A stretch of DNA of 64,000 nt, from the NCBI RefSeq assembly GCF_006345805.1, contig NC_043000.1:164672001-164736000 (forward strand), read 5' to 3'. Of this stretch, positions 53,742-64,000 are shown piece by piece. The notes under the pieces are model-generated. The model saw only the letters and a list, made by a program, of their open reading frames with translations, was not told the origin of the DNA and ran no database searches. Positions within the stretch are counted from its first letter, which is position 1, and each line of letters starts with the position of its first letter. Source of the stretch: Octopus sinensis (taxonomy: Eukaryota). The position numbers were made by a program, and so were the translations under genes.

Positions 53742-54188
53742 GCTTTGTTATGGAACAATCTGATTTATTTTAATTAATAATGATCAAGTGAATAAAATCC
53801 TGGGATCTGGTCTCATAATTTGTCATATAATTACACTTTCAATGTTTCGTTGTGTTACCCAAACAAGACAATGTCATTCTCTTTATTATTTGATAGCAGA
53901 AAATTTGTCCTGTTTAATATGATTGTAAGAGTTTTAGTGCTATAGAAACTGAGCTTAATGTTCTAGCTATTTAGTAGCTTGTTCATATATCTTATTCTAA
54001 TAGATATCAAGCACTGGATTGGTTGATGTACAAAATTGTGAGAAGCATGCACATTTATAGAGATCATCTTCTTGCTCTGTTAGAGGGATCATCGATTCTT
54101 TAGTATGAACGTTATGATTTCATTTGATGTCAGTCAGAGTACTGTTTTACTGAACAAGATAAATCAATACTCCCATATCCATCTACAT

Positions 54189-54434
54189 CAGTAGTTCTTA
54201 ACTGGGGTCCACATAGCCCTTGGGGGTTCATATAAGATTTTGTTGTTAGAATTTATGTACAATGAATTGGTTATACTTCTACTGTACACAAAATGTGTTC
54301 ATTCTTTTATACAATTCTTAATAATATTTAATTATGAAAATATAATAGGATTTTTAAAATATCAAATGGTTATGAGGATCCATCCTCATAAGAATCAAAG
54401 GGGTCCACAGGGGAGAAATGGTTGAGAACCACTG
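54189..54434. mobile_element. hAT (Charlie-like) MITE with an 8-bp target duplication
   Basis: TIR cagtagttcttaac versus reverse complement cagtggttctcaac (12/14). Flanks atctacat / atcaacat (7/8). Confidence 0.8.
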
Positions 54435-55682
54435 ATCAACATAAAACAGGGAATTTGTCAGTGTGGTGCTGGCAGTGGTAGAACAAATTAATGATTGGGT
54501 GAGAAGAAATTCATATTTTTGGCTTTCATTGCTGGAAAGTGATGTTGTCTTGACACAGGTGAAATTCAGAAAGAAGCTAGACTGGCAGTTAATGATCTGA
54601 AAAAACAAAAACAAAAAAATAATGATTAGACACTGGTAGGAAAGTTGTATTCAATCTTAGTTCTGTAAAAATTCAGAAATTTTTGAAGTTTCCCCCTGAG
54701 TGAACTTGTGTAGTCTCGTGGTTAAATTGTAGCACTCAGCATCACAAGATTGTAGTTTTGATTCCTGGACTAAGCAATGGATTGTAATTTTGAGCAAAAC
54801 ACTTCCTTTCACAAACAGCTTTGGTTTACTCTACAGTAAATGAGTATCCCTGCAATGGATTGGCATTCCATACAGAAGGCAATGTTGTGATCTTTGCCAC
54901 TTATATGCCATGGAATCATGAGTAACAGGCTCTATGAAGCCTAGGATTCTAGATAGTTCTTACTTTGAATCTGATTTGGGATGTAATTTGTTGAAAGTTT
55001 TTTCCTCCGTTGTACAGAGGGCTAACATGCTCCATTTTGTTGAGTCCCCCCCCCCCTTTTGCCTAGTTCCTTCATTTGGAGGAATCATCTGTCATAAAAT
55101 TTGTACATACAAAATTTATAATTTTTATTTTCTTTACAAAAGAAATATGAAAGGATCCTCATGAAGGATATAATAATGTTCATCAGAAAGGAATATATCA
55201 AAGAGGGAGTAGAATATTTATATTTTACTGGTGGGACCTTGGAAATTCCACAGAAGGAAAAAGAATAAGAGAAGCTATTTAAGTAAGGAAGGATGATTTC
55301 ACTTTTATTTTGCTAAGTTATTTCACTTTCAGTCACAATAATATCTTTTATGATTTTAAAATTGTCCTCTGCTAAACACTTTATATATCTCATTTCCTCT
55401 CTACCTCTTTAATAAACTTTTTAACCATGTAGTTCCCCTCTTCATGTCTTTAACATTTCTCTCTTTCTCCTTACCTCTCACTTCCACTAATCACATGTAT
55501 GACAGCATAATGCATCAGCTGGCTATCCATCTGCTCTTTTACTCATTCTCACATTCCCTCTTCCTCTCTCTCACTCCACCTCCTCCTCTTATCTAACAAA
55601 CTTTTAAAGCATAAAGTGAACAAACAGGTAGAGGAATATATTACAGGTTTAGTTCAATAAAAAAAAAAAACTTTTCACTATC

Positions 55683-55686
<4 letters not shown>

Positions 55687-55713
<27 letters not shown>

Positions 55714-56575
55714 CACCACCACCATCACCACCACCAACATCACCACCATCACCACCACCACCACCATCACCATCACCACCAAAACATCACCACCACCACC
55801 ACCAGCACCACCACCACCACTACCACCAGCACCACCACCACCACCATCACCTCACCACCACCAACATCACCACCACCATCACCACCACCATCACCACCAC
55901 CAACATCACCACCATCACCACCACCACCACAGCACCACCACCCCACCCACCAACATCACCACACCACCACCACCACCACCACCATCACACCATCACCACC
56001 ACCATCACCACCATCACCACCACTACCACTACCACCATCACCACCACCACCACCATCACCATCACCACCACAACATCACCACCACCACCACCAGCACCAC
56101 CACCACCACACTACCACCACCACAACTCCAACACCACCACCACCACCACACCACCACCATCATCACCACCACCACAACCACCACCACCACCACCACCACC
56201 ACCACCACCACCACCACCACCACCATCACCACCACCACCACAACCACCACCCCACCACAACCACCACAACCACCACCACCACCACCACCACCATCACCAC
56301 CACCAACTCACCACCATCACCACACCACCATCACCACCACCACCACTACCACCATCACCACCACACCACCACTACCACTACCACCATCACCACCACCACC
56401 ACCACCAGCACCATCACCACACCACACATCACCACCATCACCACCACACCATCACCACCACCACCACTACCACCATCACCCACCACCACCACTACCACTA
56501 CCACCATCACCACCACCACACCACCAGCACCACCAGCACCACCACCAACATACCACCATCACCACCACCACCAGC

Positions 56576-56606
<31 letters not shown>

Positions 56607-57711
56607 CTACCACCAGCACCAACCACACACCACCACCACCACCACCATCACCACCACCACCACCAACATCACCACCACCACCACCAACATACCACCACCA
56701 CCACCAGCACCACCACCACCACATCACCACCACACCACCACCACCATCACCATCACCACCACCAACATCCCACCACTACCACCAGCACACCACCACACCA
56801 TCACCACCACCATCACCACCACACCACCATCACCACCACCACCATACCACCATCACCACCACCACCATCACCACCACCACACACACCACTACCACCATCA
56901 CCACCACCACACCACCAGCACCATCACCACCACAATCACCACACCACCACCAGCACCACCACCACCACTACCACCAGCACCACCACCATCACCACCACCA
57001 ACATCACCACCACCACCACCAGCACACCACCACCACTACCACCATCATCATACCACTACCACCATCACCACCACCATCACCACCACCAACATCACCACAC
57101 CACACCACCATCACCACCATACCACCACCCCACCACCACCATCACCACCATCACCACACACCACCATCACCACCACCCACCACCACCACCACCATCACCA
57201 CCCACCACCACACCACCATCACCATCACCACCACCAACATCACCACCACTACCACCAGCACCACCACCACCACCATCACCACCACCATCACCACCACCAC
57301 CACACCATCACCACCACACCACTACCACCATCACCACACCACCATCACCACCACACCACCACTACCACTACCACCATCACCACCACCACCACACCAGCAC
57401 ATCACCACCACCAACATCACCACCACCACCACCAGCACCACCACCACCACTACCACCAGCACCACCACCATCACCACCACCAACATCACCACCACCACCA
57501 CCAGCACCACCACCACCACTACCACCATCATCATCACCACTACCACCATCACCACCACCATCACCACCACCAACATCACCACCACCACTACCACCATCAC
57601 CACCACTACCACCACCACCACCACCACCATCACCACCATCACCACCACTACCACCATCACCACCACCACCACCATCACCACCACTACCACCATCATCATC
57701 ATCATCATCAC
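55687..57711. repeat. About 2-kb imperfect (ACC)n trinucleotide array with ATC/AGC/ACT/AAC variants
   Basis: Directly visible. Confidence 0.97.
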
Positions 57712-57816
57712 TATAGTTTGCAGTAACAAAGCTCCTTTCAGTTCAGTTCAGTCCAGATGTTTGTTTATATCTACTTTTTCTTGCTGTTGATGTGTTTCTA
57801 CTATGAATGCTATCTG

Positions 57817-57863
<47 letters not shown>

Positions 57864-58344
57864 AATATAACTGCCTCCCCTGTCCATTTCTTTCTATCTG
57901 CCTTTCTTTAACCTCACCCTCTGCTAAATATTGTATCCTAAACATACTGCTTTCTCTTTACCTTGCCCTCCTCATCCTACCGCACACTGTTAACACTTCT
58001 CTCTCCCTCTTTTCTCTCACTCTCTGTCCCTCCCTTCAACTAACCATGTGATGCATTTGACCTTAGTGTATTAATTTTATGCATCTTTCTCTACTTCTTT
58101 CACTCTTCTCTACTCACTCACCCCCCCTCTTTCACTTTTACTCCACCTCCACAACTTACTAAAGTATAACAGGTTAACGAACAGGCAGACTATTATATAG
58201 ATTTTTCGTTTACTTGTATTGCTTTGAAGAGTTTAGGGTTAACTTGAAGGGATGTAATCAAAGCTACACCGGTTGTCAAGCAGTGGTGAAGAACAAGCAC
58301 AAACACAATGACAAATGCACACACAAATATATATGTGTATATAT

Positions 58345-58386
<42 letters not shown>

Positions 58387-58409
58387 AGCAAAGTGTACAT
58401 ACACAGCTA

Positions 58410-58788
58410 TATATATACTCTCTTTTACTCTTTTACTTGTTTCAGTCATTTGACTGCAGCCATGCTGGAGCACTGCCTTTAGTCGAGCAAATCGACCCCG
58501 GGACTTATTCTTTTGTAAGCCCAGTACTTATTCTTTCGGTCTCTTTTGCTGAACTGCTAAGTGACGGGAACGTAAATACACCAGCATCGGTTGTCAAGCA
58601 ATGCTAGAGGGACAAACACAGATACACAAACATATACACACACATACACATATATATACATATATACGACAGGCTTCTTTTCAGTTTCCGTCTACCAAAT
58701 CCACTCACAAGGCTTTGGTCGGCCCGAGGCTATAGCAGAAGACACTTGCCCAAGATGCTACGCAGTGGGACTGAACCCGGAACCATGT

Positions 58789-58790
<2 letters not shown>
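58410..58790 (-). mobile_element. tRNA-derived SINE, family B, young copy
   Basis: CpG-retaining copy. The head is cut by the (TA)n/fold-back insertion at 58791. Confidence 0.85.
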
Positions 58791-58837
<47 letters not shown>

Positions 58838-58843
<6 letters not shown>

Positions 58844-59038
58844 CAAAATGAGACAAGAACGCAAAACATCCGGACAGCTAGGTGAGACGAAAAGGGACAA
58901 CAAAACATCCAAATAGACAAAAAAAAAAAAAAAAACCGTCCTTATGTTTTTTGTAACGTCTATTTGGATGTTTTGTTGTCCCTTTTCGTCTCACCTAGCT
59001 GTCCGGATGTTTTGCGTTCTTGTCCCATATTGTATTTT
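58838..59038. mobile_element. Fold-back/MITE-like element: 81-bp inverted arms (79/81 identical) and a 39-bp spacer, embedded in (TA)n
   Basis: Arms 58838-58918 and 58958-59038. Each arm carries caaaacatcc twice, and (TA)n lies on both sides. Confidence 0.82.
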
Positions 59039-59319
59039 ATATATATATATATATATATATCAAGAGAAAGCGAGTACATATATAAGTCGCCAACATGCCA
59101 GAAAAAGATGCCAATGTTTGTTTAAAATCTACCTTAAGATATCACTATAAAATATAAACATGCACTGTACTTGTGCATATAAATGAAACAGATTCATGAA
59201 ACGGTTCAATTACATATCAATTGATTTCAGGATTAAGGGCTTATCCCTTTTTCTATCAAAAGTGTAATATAACCCAATGAGAACAAAATGCATACTCATG
59301 AAACAGAATGACTCCACAG

Positions 59320-59745
59320 CACAAATACATACATGCACATACACACTTATATACACGCGTGCACACACACAGTAATGCACATATACCTCCACATAACACC
59401 CCCCACACACACACTCACATACATACACGCTCATACACACACATGCATACACACGCACGCACACATACATAAATGCACATATACCTCACATATATCTCCC
59501 ACACACACAACACGCACACACATGCACACATACACACGACTACACACATGTGCATACATGCAATAAAACACACATATGCCTCCACACATAACTCTACGTT
59601 CACACACACATATACACATGCACACATACATATACACACATACACATGCATATACACACACACATATAAACATGCATACACACACATGCACATACACATA
59701 TACACATGCACATATGCATACACACACAACCACATGTACACACAC
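59320..59745. repeat. Degenerate (CA/CATA)n compound microsatellite
   Basis: Directly visible. A similar tract lies at 60915-61250. Confidence 0.9.
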
Positions 59746-59931
59746 ATACCTATTTCTTTATTACCCACAAGGAGCTAAACATAGAGGGGACAAACAAGGA
59801 CAGACATAGGTATTAAGTCGATTACATTGACCCCAGTGCGTATCTGGTAATTAATTTATCGACCCCGAAAGGATGAAAGGCAAAGTCGACCTCGGCGACG
59901 TCACCTCTCACACACACAACACACATACATA

Positions 59932-60915
59932 CAGGGGTTGGAAAAAATAATGGAAACACCTTATTTTAATATGGAGTAGGACTGCCTTTGGCAGTAATTA
60001 CAGCTTGAATTCTATAGGGTATGGACTCATACACAGTTTGAATTGTTTCCAAAGGAATTTTTGTGCATTCTTCAGCTAAAACAGTCTCCAGTTCTTGTAG
60101 TGATGATGGTGGAGGATATCAACTCCTTATTTGTTTTTCTAAAATGCACCATAAACATTCAATAATGTTGAGATCTGGGAACTGTGGTGGCCAGATAAGA
60201 TGTTCAATTTCACTAGAATGTTCCTCGTACCATTCAGTAACAACTTTAGCAGTGTGAATTGGTGCATTACCATCCTGAAAGATTGTGTTTCCCTCCGGAA
60301 ACAGTTCCCCAACCATAGGATGAATTCAGTCAGATAAAATGCTTGAATAGTCCTGACTATTAATTCTGCCATGAAGGGAAACCATTGGGCCTGTGAATTT
60401 CCAAGATATAGCCCCACCAGATCATCACAGATCCTCTTCCATGTTTAACAGGTGGAAGAAGGCAGTCTGGGTCAAATACTTCTTTAGGCTGTCTCCACAT
60501 GTATACTCGGCTTGTGGTCGGAAATAAGGTAAAGGATGACTCGTCTGAGAAAATAACATTCTTCCACTGCTCTAGAGATCAATTCTGTAGGTTTTTACTC
60601 CGCTCTAAACGCTTCACAACATTTATTTTTTTGAAAGTAGTGGTTTTCTGATTGCAGCCCTCCTGTGAAATCCGTCTTTGTGCAGCTGCCAGCAAACAGT
60701 TTTTGTGGAAAGTGGGTTCTCGAGGTGGTCATAAAGCTCTGCAGTAATTTTGGGAGCTGTACTTTTATGATCCTTTCTAACAATTCATGTAAGAGTCCGG
60801 CGGTCCCTATCTGAAAGTTTGGGTTTCCCTCCGGAGTTTTGTTTCGAGAAGGAGGTTTTTCCTTCTTTCTCAAAGGCAGTCATTACTTTCAAGACAGTAC
60901 TTCTTGATACACCAA
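59932..60915 (-). mobile_element. Tc1-like (DD34E) transposon, one end retained
   Basis: TA|CAGGGGTTGGAAAAAATAATGGAAACACC terminal sequence. The minus strand has GVSRSTV..VM, FQDGNAPIH and WPPQFPDLNIIECLW. The other end is lost in a (CA)-rich microsatellite. Confidence 0.85.
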
Positions 60916-61750
60916 ACTCACGCACACACACAGAAATGCATATATACTCCACACACACATGCACATAAACACACGTGCGTGCACACACATACACACACGC
61001 ACATATATACATGCATATGCACAGAAATGCACACATACCTAACACACACAACATACTCATTCACGCACACAATTACATATATATGGGCATATGCATACAT
61101 GCACATACATACACACAGGAACGCACATATACTACACAGACACAACTCCACGCACACACGCATACACATGCACCTACACACACATATGCACAGACGTATG
61201 CACACAACATATACATACATACACACACGTACATACATACACACACACATACCTCAAACTGTCAGTTAAACACCTTTCCTCTGACCATTCCCCTACGCAC
61301 GCAAAAGACTACCGCTCCTGCCACTAAATTCTTCCTACAACATTAAGCGACACAAAGTTCACTCACACACACACATATAAACTGCCAAAACCACACACAC
61401 ACACAACACATACACACACACACGTGCTATTACACACACATACAGACTTGCGTGCAGGCACATGCCTACACATACCTCCTTCTCTTACACTCTCCTGTCT
61501 TAGAAAGAACTTTTTCTTCATCCTTTCCCTTCCGGTCATTTCAAAATGTAACCTCATGTGAATCGTTGGCGATTTTCTTCCTCCACCTTCCCTTCTATTC
61601 GACTTTCCTCTGTTTCCGAAGAAGAGTGTCTACTCAAAACATTGAACCTTCTTTCTTTCCTTCCCTGAGCATCTGCTAATACATTACATGTACCACGTCC
61701 TTGCGTTATTGTGTTTTTGGTGTTTTTTCTTCTTTTTTTGATTTATTATA

Positions 61751-62123
61751 TACTAGCAGTATTGCCCGGCGTTGCTCGGATTTGTTTCGGCCCTTTAGAA
61801 TTGGAATTTTTGAGAAGTAAAAATTTTGCATTATGTAGCTTGTTATTCTCTTTAAGTGAACAGTTTTCTGGTTGAAATACACCGAAAAATGGCGACACAG
61901 CAGTAAAAAAATCGTAAAAAATAGGGATTTTCATAGAAAAAAAGCACCTTTTTGATGTAAATAATTTTTGGTGTTAACATGGTCCAATTCGAATTTTTCT
62001 TCTATAGAAGGAAGAGCAAGCCTTCTATCATACTCTCAATTTTGGTCAACTTGCGCCGCATGGTCTCGGAGGAGATAGTGTTAGTTGAAGGCTACCAAAC
62101 CTGCCATACACAGACAATTTCAG

Positions 62124-62130
<7 letters not shown>
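61751..62130 (+). mobile_element. Helentron-associated non-autonomous element (HINE/DINE-1-like)
   Basis: Starts tactagcag..gcccggcgttgctcgg (subterminal hairpin) and ends cagacaatttcagctttatatata in (TA)n. This is a structural resemblance only. Confidence 0.55.
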
Positions 62131-62157
<27 letters not shown>

Positions 62158-62375
62158 CTTAGAAAAAAAAAAATTATAAAATATATAAATTATTCTAATT
62201 TATATATTTTTATATATATATATATTTTGTGAAATTTGATTTAGTATTTCTATATTGAATTTTTCCTTGTAAGTTTGGAATAATATTCCCTCATATTATT
62301 ACGGTGGTGCATCAGCATGGCCGCAGCTCTGAACTGAAACTAGAATATATATCTATATATCTATATCTATATCTA

Positions 62376-62411
<36 letters not shown>

Positions 62412-63043
62412 TACTTGGAGGAGATGAAACGAAACGAAACGAATCGAATCGACGCGAGGGCGCTCAGTCATACAATAGTGTAATAAATAAAATATATGCA
62501 TACATACATATATGTACGTACCTACATCTACATGTATATATACATGCATATATAAATATATATACGTGAGTACAGGACACCTCAAATAGACGTAGAACTC
62601 AACGAGAAACGAAAACGTAAAAACAAACATGGAAACGGACCTTTTTTAACAACGAAAAAAACAGAGTACAAGACAAACTACACAAGGAAAATTCCCCTTC
62701 ATCAGCTGTCCCTAGTTCAACTCCAGCGTGTTTCGAAGGTGAGGACAGAACACGACTCGTCGAACTAGCCCTTCCTGCGAAAGAATTAAATAAAATTACT
62801 TCGCAGAGGGGTAAAAACAAGGAAAGAAAAATATGTGACAAAAACAGGACGTAAAAACGATACAAATAAAATTACAAAATAAAATACAAAATAAAATACA
62901 AAATAAAATACAATTACGAAAAAATACAGTACAAGAAATAAAAACAAACAAGAAAACAAACAATGAGGGCCTTATTTTGGCCTAGACGAGGAAAGATTCT
63001 TAAGAGCGCTGGAAGAACATGTGTTCACTTTATAAATACATAC

Positions 63044-63095
<52 letters not shown>

Positions 63096-63214
63096 TTTTA
63101 TATTATTTTATTTATTTGTTTATTTATTTATTTTTATTTTTACTTTTACTTTTTTTTTAAAAATTATATAAATATCAAAAAGTATTAAAAGTTTAATAAA
63201 AGATAAAGAATAAA

Positions 63215-63310
63215 AACACTACGATCGTTTCATAGCTGTAACCAATTCGAATAACAATACTTTAAATTCAATTAATAATTCGAATTATGGTTACAGTCAA
63301 TCTTCAGGTT
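63215..63310 (-). ncRNA. Degenerate type I hammerhead motif of the same TTAAC-CTGAAGA family
   Basis: Minus strand reads AAC-CTGAAGA-ttgaCTGTAACC...GGTTACAGctat-GAAAC-GATC-GT-A-gtgtt. Intact core, palindrome ACGATCGT and a GUA triplet. Helix I and the helix II closing pair are imperfect. Confidence 0.5.
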
Positions 63311-64000
63311 AATTGTAATATTTTAATAAATAATCAGAAATATTTAAACAATATTTTTAAGAAATAAATAATATAATAATTATACTTATAAAAAAACTCT
63401 TTTATCAAACTAGAAACTTAAAACTTAACGATTATGATTATATCAAAACATCTATTATAATGTTAAATATTAATTTTAATTTTTAAGTTTTAATTTTTAA
63501 GGTAAGAAACCCACCAATAATCTAATATCTGTAATAGTCAATATCTAATTACATAAATATTTTACAAAAAAAAAATTTTTTTTAAATGACTATTATATAT
63601 AAATTATCAATGAAAATATATAAATGTATATAAATGTTATAATTAAGATCTAAAATAAACTCTATAAATAAATATATATGCACATATAATAAATACCTAA
63701 TAAATTAATTTTTCATATTTAAAGATGAAATAGCTAATTTCAAAAATACAAACAAACAATCTTAAACGAACGCTATAGTAAATTAACTATCTTTATATCT
63801 CGTTGGCTAAATAATAACTTTCGGAAACCTTATATTTAAAATACTTAAAGAAATAATCAATTCGTAGTTATATAGTATCAAATAAATACTATAAATACTA
63901 TAAATATATTTATCAATGGTACTAAAACTAGCAAATATCCATTTAAAAAGACAATATATAAGTTAAAATAATAATTATAAGAAATTTAAAACTACAATTA

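Noticed and set aside
56062-57729. Poly-Val/Trp/Gly ORFs
   Set aside because: Translations of the (GGT)n strand of the microsatellite.
62685-62770. CTGATGA on the - strand near cgaaac as a hammerhead
   Set aside because: No consistent helix I/II/III arrangement in any topology. The surrounding 62430-63030 looks repeat-like, but I cannot classify it.

Overview
AT-rich animal genomic DNA. The repeat families and microsatellite load look like a coleoid cephalopod, most likely Octopus (inference from pattern recognition, not a database hit). Two host genes are visible. (1) On the + strand is the 3' part of a phosphatidylinositol 4-kinase III beta gene (PI4KB): 11 GT-AG exons from 209 to the stop at 29272 join in phase into 578 codons plus stop, and the N-terminus lies upstream of the window. 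(2) On the - strand is an intronless 654-aa ORF (51777-53741) with an N-terminal transmembrane helix and an UNC5-type ZU5-UPA-death domain module but no ectodomain (UNC5CL-like). The rest is transposon-derived: tRNA-headed SINEs, RTE, CR1 and R4/Dong-type LINE relics, mariner/Tc1 relics, hAT-, piggyBac- and Helentron-type MITEs, fold-back elements, a 2.8-kb 57-bp minisatellite that runs into a PI4KB splice acceptor, and a 2-kb (ACC)n array. The most notable unlisted signal is a set of Penelope-type minimal hammerhead ribozyme motifs (4861-4903, 5109-5154, 47052-47155, 63215-63310, and weakly 5895-5937). One pair forms the arms of a palindromic element enclosing a tRNA-derived Pol III promoter. 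Every copy carries at least one lesion, so activity is not claimed.
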